Source: Anthoceros angustus
Lineage: Eukaryota > Plantae > Anthocerotophyta
Reading direction: 5' to 3'
Assembly: GCA_010909165.1 (NCBI GenBank)
Contig: VJWM01000226.1
Coordinates: 62,001 to 126,000 of the forward strand
DNA: 64,000 nucleotides
In this document: positions 34,095-46,033 of the stretch, in pieces
How the letters are laid out: each line of letters starts with the position of its first letter
How positions within the stretch are numbered: the first letter of the stretch is position 1
The notes under the pieces: generated by a model
The model's input: only the letters and a program-made list of their open reading frames with translations
The model's database searches: none
What the model was told of the DNA's origin: nothing
Translations under genes and position numbers: made by a program

Positions 34095-34730
34095 ATGCCG
34101 AGGTCGGGTAATCGCAGCAGGACCGGCACCCGCAGGAGCGTACGTAGCCATCGTGACACATACTCGTCACAGACGCAATGCCTGCCTACGGAAATTGTGC
34201 TGGACCTCTACGAACATGAATACCCGAACCTCTGGCTAAGAAATTTCGTCGATAGACACTCTGGATCTGGCCGCTCTCACACACACAGAAACCCTGCTCA
34301 CAATCAGCGCACGGACGCGCTGTACAGGGCACGCTGTGAACGGAGAGGGCAGAATCCAAACTTGTTCTACAGAAGACCGAGAATTCCTGGAGTTGACACT
34401 CTCCTCCAGACGCCTGGATCTGTGGACAACAAGGATAGGGCATTAACATCTAGGCCAACTGAGAGCATTACAGAGAATAATCCTCTACGCTTTCCAGTTT
34501 GGGCAACGAGGGTTGAGAAGTCAATCACCTTGCCGCTGTCACGACATGAATCTTTGAAACAAGACATTCGAGAAACTGCTGAGAGCCTTGGGCACAAGCT
34601 TGACGTTACCTACACAGATTTGAAGAGAGATATCAGCAAGATTATCAACCTTCTGAACCATCTCACCTTGAAATTGGAGGATATTTGTCAGGCGGGAGCC
34701 CTGGAGCATCAAGAATCAGTTCCTTGGTGA
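34095..34730 (+). CDS. Extra ORF (ORF0, 211 aa, intact) of copia B upstream of gag
   Basis: ATG 33 nt after the PBS. Arg/Ser-rich N-terminus, core LPTEIVLDLYEHEYPNLWLRNFVDRHSG...TDALYRARCERRGQNPNLFY, and a heptad-like C-terminus. Confidence 0.85.
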   Translation: MPRSGNRSRTGTRRSVRSHRDTYSSQTQCLPTEIVLDLYEHEYPNLWLRNFVDRHSGSGRSHTHRNPAHNQRTDALYRARCERRGQNPNLFYRRPRIPGVDTLLQTPGSVDNKDRALTSRPTESITENNPLRFPVWATRVEKSITLPLSRHESLKQDIRETAESLGHKLDVTYTDLKRDISKIINLLNHLTLKLEDICQAGALEHQESVPW

Positions 34731-35334
34731 AGCTTCCGCTGCGAAATTGCTGAAACGACGCGAGGGGATGTCGAAGCGTTGTCGACCAGGTGGAGAGGCG
34801 CAGGCGATCCGTCACCACCCTTCGGGTTCCCAAGAGACGCCTTTGCCACCCCTCGCGACTCTGCGGCGACAGCCCATCAGCAACGCTCGTTCTCAAAACA
34901 AAAAAAAACTTGATGAGTTAGGGTTTGTTAACCGCTGAAACTCATTACCAGACGTTGGCCGATCTTCAGTAATCGGGAACAGCCGTGAGGCGTGGGAGCA
35001 GATCTATACATCTCCATGTAATCGGGTCCGCCCAAAGACCGCCCACCGCTCACCCGCATCGCTTGGATCGAACTCGTAAGGCATAGACATACATCGAATA
35101 ATAATTGTCAAGGTAAACATGACACGTATCAACTAACTCGTCATAGCCATGAGCATGTGATAGTCTTTTCATGTCCACAACAGCAATTGATAGCCTCACA
35201 TAGCCTCAATGAGTTATCCAACAAGCTGTCATCACCAGTAACCATGTCCCAAGTACCACACATCGACATCAACCTCTTGTGTTAGCTTTACCTCGATCAA
35301 GGAGAAGGACCGATTCAACGGGACTAAATACCCC

Positions 35335-36543
35335 GTGTGGAAGGTCCGCATGAAATCAACTCTGGTGGCCAGAGGGGTATGGAAGGTGGTAGATGGGACT
35401 CTCTTGAAGCCAGATCCGATTGCTAATCCAGCCCCGACAGCTACAGAAATAGAAAAATGGGATCAGTTGAATTCAATTGCAATTGCTTTACTAATTGGGG
35501 GTTTAGATGAGGTTCTCGTACCTGATGTGGAGTACCATACTGCTGGGAAGGGTATCTGGGACCAACTTGCAGCAACCTATGGCGTACAGAATATGCACAC
35601 CTTGTGTGCAATACGCATGGAGTTTTACAGCCTTCGCTTACGAGAGGGGGACAGGGTCGCTCCTCACGTTACGAGGTTTCGCCAATCGAGCCCAAATCGC
35701 TTTGGTTCCAAGATGGATGAAGTTGAGGCAGCAGCCCAACTACTCACATCATTGCCTCCGTCTTTTCAGACCTTAATTAGCAGCTTCAATGGTCCTATTC
35801 GCCAACCCCAAGTCGCTGGTGCTGCTCCCCTCGTAACGGTTGAGGATGTCATAGGAGCCCTGTTTCAAGAAGAACAAGGGCGTCTAAATTCCTCAGGGGG
35901 ACACAGGTCAAAGGGGGATAAGGTTCTGAGTGCTAGATTCAGAACACAGCGCGGGTTAGGAAGAGCACCTGGAGGTCGTTTAGACTCCAACTCTGGTTCT
36001 TCCGCCATACCCAAGCGGACAGGCAACTGCAATTGGTGTGGGCTTGCCGGACACTGGGCTCGTGATTGCCGGAAAAAGAAGGCCGGTGAGCCACAGAAGG
36101 TCCAGCCACACAAGCAATCAGCCCATGTCATTGTTAAGGAAAAGGGAGAAAGCTCGAAAGGGACTGTGAAGATCCTTACCGTTTGTCTCACAAGCTCGTT
36201 GCACGATGCTGGTTACTGGTACCTTGATTCAGGGGCTACCACTCACATCTACAATGATAAAAGCCTGTTTTCTAACCTGAACCTGTGTCATATGAAAGAC
36301 AAGGTTTTGTTAGGAGATGAACGGAGTGACACAAGCTTACGAGTTGAGGGCTCTGGAACCTGTACTTTCCTACTCACCGATGGGTTGACCTTCTCTGTGC
36401 ATGATGTCCTCTTTGTACCGGATATGGCCAAAAACCTCCTCTCGTTGAGCACGCTGATGCAAACTCGTGTTTATGGGATGCGAGTCGATAGTGAGAGCTG
36501 CTGCTTCTACAAGATAGACCATCCTACGGAGTGCTCATTCTAG
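35335..36543 (+). CDS. gag: Copia B gag-protease
   Basis: WKVRMKSTLVARGVW, CNWCGLAGHWARDC, WYLDSGATTHI and VLFVPDMAKNLLSLS. Confidence 0.92.
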   Translation: MWKVRMKSTLVARGVWKVVDGTLLKPDPIANPAPTATEIEKWDQLNSIAIALLIGGLDEVLVPDVEYHTAGKGIWDQLAATYGVQNMHTLCAIRMEFYSLRLREGDRVAPHVTRFRQSSPNRFGSKMDEVEAAAQLLTSLPPSFQTLISSFNGPIRQPQVAGAAPLVTVEDVIGALFQEEQGRLNSSGGHRSKGDKVLSARFRTQRGLGRAPGGRLDSNSGSSAIPKRTGNCNWCGLAGHWARDCRKKKAGEPQKVQPHKQSAHVIVKEKGESSKGTVKILTVCLTSSLHDAGYWYLDSGATTHIYNDKSLFSNLNLCHMKDKVLLGDERSDTSLRVEGSGTCTFLLTDGLTFSVHDVLFVPDMAKNLLSLSTLMQTRVYGMRVDSESCCFYKIDHPTECSF

Positions 36544-36599
36544 GTGTTGGAACCACGATCTGTCTGTGGCTATTCGTTGTCACTGTTGCCTATTCCAGT

Positions 36600-39500
36600 C
36601 GGTTTCCCTAACTCCGGCGCTAGCATCCTTGTGGCATGCACGTTTAGGCCATGCCAGCACAATAATAGATATGTCCAAGCGATCACGCCATAGGAGCCAC
36701 TCCCACCTTGTTTTGATCTACATGCGAGTCTTGCATCCTAGCTAGCGAGGGAGCTCCCATTTCAAAGCACGCCCATAGAGCAAAGCTTCGGAGTTAGTCC
36801 ATCTTGACATCTCTGGAAAAATTAATGAGCCCTCTGGGTGCTCAATATTATTTAACTATCACAATGACTTGAGATACTCCGGACCTATCAAGTGCATCTT
36901 AAGAGTGATACCCTTGATTTCTTCCGAATGGTTACACAGTGCGGGCGATCTGCCTCCTCAAGATGCCGCTTACAGACAGAGGGGCGAGTTTGTCAACCAT
37001 GCCTTTGATGATTTTCTCCGGGGAGCATGGCATTGCGCCAGCGATTGTCCCCACCCAGCAGAATGGGGTTCTTTGGCGTAAAAATCAGACCTACTTTGAC
37101 ACGTAGTATGCTTTTGTGGGCTGGCTTACCACAGAATTTTGGTGAGCGGTTGTGGCAGCCACATATATCTTGAACAGAGTGCTTACAAGCTCTGTGCCTG
37201 GCCAAACCCCCTTCGAAGTCTTTTGGCGTCGCAAGCCAAGCATCCTTCACCTTCGTGTTTTTGGGTCCAAGGCCTATGCTTACATTCCTGCAGAGAAGCG
37301 CAAGAATCTTGACAACCGCGCGCAACCCCTGCTGTTTGTCGGCTATAGTGACCGAGCCAAAGCTTATAAGCTTTTCGACCCTCACACACGAGCTGTCACC
37401 CTTGCAGCAATCACTTTTGGAGCCATCCGTTCACTGTCACGTCCTCTTCAGAGGGAGCTGTCATCCCTCCCGATGACGATGCTGATGCTATCCATTATCC
37501 TCAAGATCTGAGCCTGGTGGCCCCGTTATACCCCATACGCCCCTCGTTGTAGTTCCCGAGTGCGCCCGATTGAACAGCCAAGCGGCCTCGCACGAGAGGA
37601 AATTGATCAAGATAATGAACTCAATCATCGGCATGTCATTATGCAGGCGGTGATAACCTGCGGATATGAGGAATGGGGCAGGCGAGTGCTAACCGGAACC
37701 CGAACCTGAGCTCCGATGCTCCACAAGGCATCGTCCACCACGACGGTGGCGGGAACCACGATATGAGTCCGTCGAGTGGCGATCCCTTGGAGCCACTGTC
37801 GATATTCTACCCATTGTTGAGCCTGCCTCATACAAGGAGGCCATAGCGGTCGATGGGCTCAATGGAAAGCTGTTGAGGGCCAGTATCTCTTATCAGAATA
37901 AGACTTGGGTGCTTCTTGACACCTGCAGGGAGAAACCCATATCCTGTAAGTGGGTTTTAAAGCTGAAGCTCAATGCGAAGGTGAGATTGCCGCTACAAGG
38001 CAAGGCTCGTGGCAAGGGCTTCACAGTGGAGGGCTTAGACTATCGAGACCTTCTCACGTCATCGCGCACGATCCATTAGGATCCTCTAGCGACTGCCGAA
38101 CTTGACCTGGATCTCGCAAATGGATGTGTAGCTTTTACATATGGTGCCCTAGATGAGGAACTTTACATGGTGCAACCTGAAGGATACGAAGACAAGCGTC
38201 ATCCATTGAAAGTTCTAAAGCTCCTCAAGTGTATCTATGGGCTCAAACAAAGTGGAAGAGTCTAGTACATAACAATGCATTTGTACCTCCTTAGTATCAA
38301 CTTCACACAGAGTGTAGTAGATTCCAATGTTTATCGCCTTAGTCGAGGAACAGATTTCGTTGTGCTGGCCTTGTATGTGGATGACGTAATCCTCGCAACC
38401 AACAGCCAACCGTTATTAGCCGAGGTCAAGACTATGCTTAGCACACGTTTTGATATGAAGGACATCGGTGAACTGTTACATTTGGGAATCGGATCCACGA
38501 GGGTTAGGCAAGAAATGCTAATCATACACCGGCACAAGTACATAGGAGATATCCTCGTAAGTTCAAGATGGATCAAGCTAGACCAAAGAACAACACCCCG
38601 CCGCTTCTGGTGATAAGCTTACCATGAACAATGCCCGGTCAAGAGACATGATGGAAATGAAGGACATCCCTTACAGCATCTGTAGGAAGTCTTATTTTGT
38701 TGCCAACGGGCGAGACCCGGACATCCGATTATCTTTGTAAGCACATTTCTGATTCCTTGAACGACCGGCAAAGCCTTTGGGTGGCGATTAAAAGGATTTT
38801 CGGTACCTTAAGGGCACGAATGTTTATTCTACAAAAGTTCGAGGGAGCTGTCATCCCTCGATGGCGATCTTGTCATCCATTATCCTCAAGATGATCGAGC
38901 CTGGTGGCCCCGTTATACCCCTGCCCCCGCCGTTGTAGTTCCCGAGTGCGCCCGATTGAACCCCAGCGGGCCTCGCAGAGGAAATTGATCAAGATAATGA
39001 ACTCAATCATCGGCATGTCATTATGCAGGCTGATAACTGCGGATATGAGGAATAGGGGCGAGTGCTTGCGGAACGAACCTGAGCTCCGACGCTCCACAAG
39101 GCATCGTCCACCACCTGACCAGTGGCGGGAACCACGATATGAGTCCGTCGACTGGCGATCCCTTGGAGCCACTGTCGATATTCTACCCATTGTTGAGCCT
39201 GCCTCATACAAGGAGGCCATAGCAGGGTCCGATAGGGCTCAATGGAAAGCCGCTGTTGAGGACGAGTACCAGTCTCTTATCAAGAATAAGACTTGGGTGC
39301 TTACTGACCTGCCACAGGGGAGGAAACCCATATCCTAAGTGGGTTTTAAAGAAGCTCAATGCGAAGGTGAGATTGCCGCTACAAGGCAAGGCTCGTGGCA
39401 AGGGCTTCACGGTGGAGGGCTTAGACTATCGAGACCTTCTCACATCGTCGCGGTCCATTAGGATCACCTAGCAGGCTGTGAACTTGACCTGGATCTCGGA

Positions 39501-40700
39501 GCAAATGGATGTGTGTCTGACAATGGTGCCCTAGATGAGGAACTTTACATGATGCAACTCAAGGATACGAAGACAAGCGTCATCCAATGAAAGTTCTAAA
39601 GCTCCTCAAGTGTATCTATGGGCTCAAACAAAGTGGAAGAGTGGTACATAACAATGCATTTGTACCTCCTTAGTATCAACTTCACAGTGTAGCAGACCAA
39701 CGTTTATCGCCTTAGTCGAGCAGTTTACTTGGCCTTGTATGTGGATGACGTAATCCTCGCAACCAACCAACCGTTATTAGCCGAGGTCAAGACTATGCTT
39801 AGCACGATTTGATATGAAGGACATCGGTGAACTCGAGTTACATTTGGGAATCTGAGATCCACGAGGGTTAGGCAAGAAGGCTGCTAATCATACACCAACA
39901 CAAGTACATAGGAGATATCCTCCGTAAGTTCAAGATGGATCAAGCTAGGCCAGCAACAACACCCTTCGCTACAGGTGATAAGCTTACCAGTGAACAATGC
40001 CCACAGTCCGAGGCAGACATGATGGAAATGAAGGACATCCCTTACAGGCATGCTGTAGGAAGTCTTATTTTGTTGCCAACTGGACGAGACAGACATCCAG
40101 TATGCTGTAAGCACTGTTTCACAGTTCCTTGAACGACCTGGCAAAGCCCACTGGGTGGCGGTTAAAAGGATTTTCAGGTACCTTAAGGGCACACGAACAA
40201 CAGGTTTATTCTACAAAAGTTCAGGGCAAGGTAAGTTAACCTTGGAGGGGTACACAGATGCCGATTGGGCATCGGATCGATTCGAAAAGCCTCTCCACCC
40301 TCTTGTTTCATCTTTGTCTTCGCGGTGTGATGGTCATGTAAACGATCGTCCATCGCTTTATCTTGGGCGGTATAAGTCACTCACGGATGCCTCTAAGGAA
40401 GGAATGGGAACGCAGTTTTCTCAAAGACCTCGACCAAGAGCGGTGCCTACATACGCCTGACAACATGTCGGCGTTAGCAGGTGGCTAACCCTAGGTTCCA
40501 TGCGAACAAAGCACATAGAAATCCAGCATCACTATGTGAGAGATGTAGTGGAAAGAGGGGTTGTAAAAGTTGACTATACTAGCACTGACGAGAATGTGGC
40601 GGATATCCTCACCAAAGGCCTGCCTAAGTATAAGCACTATAAACATCTAGCAGGCCTAAGGCTCGGGAATTACTCTGCCTACTTTCATGACACGAGTTGA
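36600..40700 (+). pseudogene. pol: Copia B integrase-RT-RNase H, heavily frameshifted; 37451-38840 is repeated at 38841-40216
   Basis: Integrase, linker (EPASYKEA), RT and RNase H motifs appear in shifting frames. Confidence 0.9.
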
Positions 40701-41422
40701 GTACTTATCTGGAAGGTGGGGGTGGGAACCCGAAGGTTCCCGGTGTTGTAGTGTTTGTGTGGGCCGACGTCTTTTACTGGTCTGCACTTAGGACTACACA
40801 CAGCTGCACCACCGTCAGAGGGAGTCACAGCCAGGGCAGTGAACACATATAGGGACAGTCCAAGGTTCGGATGAAGCTCACCTGAAGAACTAATCGCCTT
40901 GTACTGCTCCGTGCTCACAGCTCGGGTTTTGTATCCTCCTCCTCTTTTGCTGGTAATGGCACACTCCTAGCAGTGAGTAGGGTCTCCAGCTCTACTATCC
41001 TGCCCATAGCTGCCCTCAGCCTAGCGGCAAGGATGGGCGCAGCGAGCTCTGAGTAGCGATACTCGAGCGCACATGCTCGAGCCTTCACTCTTTCGGTGAA
41101 CCTTTCTTGGCCGGTGTGGTGTCGTGTGCATAGGGAGGCTGTTCACCCTGTTCACTAGTTCACATAGCAGAGGCAGGGACTCCCATGACTTCTTCTCTTG
41201 CGCGCCTGGCTGCTGACCATGTTTCTTTTCCCTCTTCCTCTTTTCGTGTTGCACCTCTAGCTTGTAGGTCGTGCCCCCGCGCGTCTTCATCACCGTGCGG
41301 CGGTAGCGAATCGAGCAGCTCAGGTGGGTGCACAAGAAGGAGACTGTCGGTGGCGGCTGTAACGAGTAGGAGCGTAATGGAGAAGGCTTCCATCGTTGTG
41401 CCTTTTGTAGTCTCTTACGCTA

Positions 41423-44014
41423 GGCCTCCTGTCAGATATGGGGCATTAGCGGGAGTTCCTGGCCGTGTGAACCACGCTTATGTATTAACCTAGTAGGTGC
41501 TTTAGAGGGAGTGTTGAGATAAAAGCCGACCTCTGGTTAAGTAGTCTAACTAGGGTTAGGAGAAACGTGGTTAGTTGGTCAAGTATAAAAGGGCACATAA
41601 ACTATGTTAAATTTTGCTTTTCTATTATGCAAAGTCTGCTTTTGTTTTTACATCTCTGATTAGAAAACCAACACAAACTACGGTGCTCGCGAGGAGCAGC
41701 TGGTGCCAGCACCAGCACGGATGGGGCACGCACCACCCAAGTCAGCCATTAGGAACCTGTGCCCCATAAGTTCCGGGGCATTATGGCGTCCACCCGCTCA
41801 TCCTTGGTTGCTATTCATGCAGCCATGAGCGGCACCATGTCCACGCTCCTTGAGGTCGTGGAGAAGGTGCGTAACCTTAGGTTGCGATGCACAGAGGTGG
41901 AGGGCATGATGGAAAGGATGCCCCCGAGTGCCTCTAACATGTAGACAAGGGAAAGCCCAAGTGCGGCTACGTTCATGGAATACATGAACGTAGCCATGCA
42001 GGCCAATGCATCCATGTCCGAAGGTGGTGGACACCCGAGACCCCCTCCCCCTCCTACCACCCCGCCCACCTCCCTTTCCCCCTCCCCCAGCCATACCCTT
42101 TCATGCAGGGAATGCCGTTTGCTCCACCTCCAATTCCATAGGCGCAGCCGGCTGCACCTCGCCATGCTATGGCACACCCAGGCCTCTTCCCGATTGCAGA
42201 CTCCTCCCCCTCAGGCTGCGCCGAGGCTGTCTCTGAACTCGGAAGTGCAGGGGCCACGCTTTGGGACACAGGAGGATGGAGGCCCTACTCTGCGGCTCTT
42301 TCTAGATTGAGTGGAGCATGGTTTGTAGGTGGTTTGTAGTTGTTTTTGTAGGTAGGTGTTTTGAGAGCTCCCACCATGAGGTGGGAGTGCAACTGAACAT
42401 GTGGTTTTGTACGCAATTGTGCAAGCATGAGTGAGCCCAAGTGTGGGCTTTTCTGACTGAAATTGGGGTATCACTTTGAATGCTTCTGATGTCCTGGACA
42501 AGGCATGAGTGGTCCTCCATGGCTTGGATGCCCTGTCCATGCCATCAGATGCTATGTGATGGACGCCTAGAGGAGTGACGAGAAATGACACAAAGGGACC
42601 CTAAAACTGCCTAGGCCGAGCCCTTATGCGATGATGCACAAGCCTTAGCTCCATGTTCTTGCCGTCGGCGTGAGAACAAGCACATGAGAGCAAGGCCTTC
42701 AGCAGAGCGAGGCCTTCAAGCGAGAGCAAACCACGCTGGGCCTCCTGCCGATATGGGGCATTAGCGGAGTTCTGGCCGTGTGAACCACGCTTATGTATTA
42801 ACCTAGTAGGTGCTTTAGAGGTGTTGAGATAAAAGCCGACCTCTGGTTAAGTAGTCTAACTAGGGTTAGGAGAAACGTGGTTAGTTGGTCAAGTATAAAA
42901 GGGCACATAAACTATGTTAAATTTTGCTTTTCTATTATGCAAAGTCGCTTTTGTTTTACATCTCGATTAGAAAACCAACACAAACTACGGTGCTTTCATG
43001 AGGCCGGTGGTGCCGACAGACGGATGGGGCACCACCCAAGTCGACCATTAGGAACTGTGCCCCATAAGTTCCGGCATTATGGCGTCCACCCGCTCATCCT
43101 TGGTTGCTATTCATGCCCATGAGCGGCACCATGTCCACGCTCGCGAGGTCGTGGAGAAGGTGCGTAACCTTAGGTTGCGATGCAGGAGGTGGAGGGCATG
43201 ATGGAAAGGATGCCCCGAGTGCCTCTAACATGTAGACAAGGAAAGCCCAAGTGCGGCTACGTTCATGGAATACATGAACGTAGCCATGCAATGCATCCAT
43301 GTCCGAAGGTGGTGGACACCCGAGACCCCTCCCCTCCTACCGCCCACCTCCCTTTCCCCCTCCCCACCATGCTTTCATGCGAGAATGCGTTTGCTCCACC
43401 TCCAATTCCATAGGCGCACTGCACCCTCGCCATGCTATGGCACCCAGGCCTCTTCCGATTGAGACTCCTCCCCTCGGTGAGGCTCTCGAACTCGGAGTGC
43501 AGGGGCCACGCTTTGGGACACGGAGGATGGAGGCCCCCACTGCAGCTCTTTCTAGATTGAGTGGAGCATGGTTTGTAGGTGGTTTGTAGTTGTTTTTGTA
43601 GGTAGGTGTTTTGAGAGCTCCCACCATGAGGTGGGAGTGCAAACTTGAACATGTGGTTTTTGTGGCTGCAATTGTGCAAGCATGAGTGAGCCCAAGTGTG
43701 GGCTTTTCTGTCTGAAATTGGGGTATCACTTTGAATGCTTCTGATGTCCTGGACAAGGCATGAGTGGTCCTCCATGGCTTGGATGCCCTGTCCATGCCAT
43801 CAGATGCTATGTGATGGACGCCTAGAGGAGTGACGAGAAATGACACAAAGGGACCCTAAACTCGTGCCTAGGCTGAGCCCCTTATGCAGCATGATGCACA
43901 AGCCTTAGCTCCATGTTCTTGCCACCGTCGCGTGAGAACGAAGCCTGCACATGAGAGCAAGGCCTTCAGGCGAGAGCGAGGCCTTCAAGCGAGAGCAAAC
44001 CCTGCACGCGGGCC
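41423..44014. repeat. Tandem duplication of ~1.3 kb (41423-42738 / 42739-44014) containing PPT, LTR and flanking repeat
   Basis: ggcctcctg..gatatggggcattagcgg recurs at 41423 and 42739, and the units are co-linear. Confidence 0.9.
41512..41673 (+). repeat. 3' LTR of copia B (162 bp, TG...CA); second noisy copy at ~42822-42980
   Basis: tgttgagataaaagcc...gaaaaccaaca, preceded by the PPT. Confidence 0.92.
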
Positions 44015-44759
44015 AAACTTTCGCCCAAAAATTTGAGTATGTGTGTCTTGGCCGTGTCTTAACATGTATGTGTGGTAATCAGAACCCTAAAACTCTAAAG
44101 AACAAAACATCTGCATGACACAATGGGAACACCATGCGAAAAGTGTGTCATACAAATTTTTTGCCCCGCGTACGAACGTATCGAAGCTGATGTGGCACAT
44201 TTTATACGTGTATTGTACGCGAGAACCTTAAAGATGCCATGGCATATTTTCGTACAGTATACTAAAAAAAACAAAGTCACACACACGAAGTCATGTGACA
44301 AGAATGGTATTCCATCCTCCTCCCCCCCATTTGTCCATACAGAAACTTTTAGGGTTGACAGGAAAACTTAGGATTGCACGATGTAGGAGAAGAAGTATAT
44401 TACAGTCCAGTTGGCTGAAATTCTTCCTAGAATGGATATGAGATGGCCAAATTTATAAACCTCGTCTCGCCTCGCCAGCGGCACCACCCAGCATCATCAT
44501 TGCCAAACCGGGTGGGGCTCTTAACGATGATATCACAGTGTAGGAGAAATATGCGAAAGGAGACACTTGAAATACAAACCGGTTTTCAAATCCAAGAATA
44601 AGTGAAAGCAATTGTGTATAAGACGACTATATCTAGGAAGTTGTCATATTTGAATTAAATCATGAGTAAAACATTAAACTTTCAAAACTTTAAACACGGA
44701 ATGCATATGCTTTGAAACTACAAAATATTGTTTCACAACTCAAATTTCTAGATTCATTT

Positions 44760-45540
44760 TCATTTAGAGCCCCGTCCACCGAAAAACATCCAAACACCAC
44801 CGCTACACGGGTTGGGGTACTTGACCCGTGTAAACCTTGCCATTATAATTGCTAGTAGCATCTTGGGCGAGTTCAAGCGTCATTAGCGTCATATGCAACA
44901 AGTACTCCTTGTCATCCAAGTGCGTGTAATGTAAAATGGCTTGATGAGCTGGTGTATCAATAGTGTCACCGCCTATTGGACCATTAGCATCTACACCGTA
45001 CCTTCCATTTCCCATTTGTACTTTGGAATCTGGACTTGACATGAAAGCGTCTCCCCCATTGTACAATAGTTGCATAATGGTCTTTGAGCAGATTGAATAT
45101 GGAAGCTGGCCAATAACCAACATTTGCTCCTTCAATTGCTAACCACAAATCTCCATTGGTTGTAGGCTGCATTACAACATATCATAAATTAGAATAAGTT
45201 AGAAGAAATAGTATGAAATATGTCAAGTCCATATTAGAAGTTTTATTAAGAATACTACCTAGCTAGAACGCCCAAGAAGAAAACATTTGTTCCTTCAATT
45301 GCTATAACTTACCTTATTAATCTTGTATAGCATGCTTGTACCTACATAATTGCGGTGAATGCACCACCAAATACATATGTGGGATCCGTTTGCACAAATC
45401 CGACACGCAAGGTTAGGCGACCATTGCCGTTGTCGGCTGCTCAAAGGAACAAATGATACAAAGTTAATGATTCATATACATCCTAATAAGCGTTGAAATT
45501 TTCATGTGTTGATGATCACATACCGTCCATCTTATGAACA
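44760..45540 (-). pseudogene. Neprosin (DUF239) partial copy: 3' exons only
   Basis: NGDLWLAIEGANVGYWPASIF and QMGNG; middle exon FVQTDPTYVFGGAF. Confidence 0.75.
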
Positions 45541-46033
45541 AAGCGAGGTGCAACATCTTGTGAATATAATGATGGATACACACGAAGTCATGTGACAAGA
45601 ATGGTATTCCATCCTCCTCCCCCATTTGTCCATACGAAACTTTTAGGGTTGAGGAAAACTTAGGATTGCGATGTAGGAGAAGAAGTATATTACCCAGTTC
45701 TGAAATTCTTCCTAGAATGGATATGAGATGGCCAAATTTATAAACCTCGTCTCGCCTTGCACCAGATCATCATTGCCAAACCGGGTGGGGCTCTTAACGA
45801 TGATATCACGGTGTAGGAGAAATATGCGAAAGGAGACACTTGAAATACAAACCGGTTTTCAAATCCAAGAATAAGTGAAAGCAATTGTGTATAAGGCGAC
45901 TATATCTAGGAAGTTGTCATATTTGAATTAAATCATGAGTAAAACATTAAACTTTCAAAACTTTAAACACGGAATGCATATGCTTTGAAACTACAAAATA
46001 TTGTTTCACAACTTCAAATTTCTAGATTCATTT

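Larger units (their letters stand above)
33992..41673 (+). mobile_element. Ty1/copia element B: truncated 5' LTR, PBS, ORF0, gag-pol with duplicated RT region, ~800-bp 3' region, PPT and complete 3' LTR
   Basis: 33992-34050 equals the last ~59 bp of the LTR at 41512-41673. PBS at 34051-34062, gag-PR ORF 35335..36543, LWHARLGH near 36630, RT (GLKQSG, YVDDVILA), RNase H (YTDADWA, RTKHIEIQHHYVRD, NVADILTKGL) ending at 40700, PPT agagggag at 41504-41511. Confidence 0.95.
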
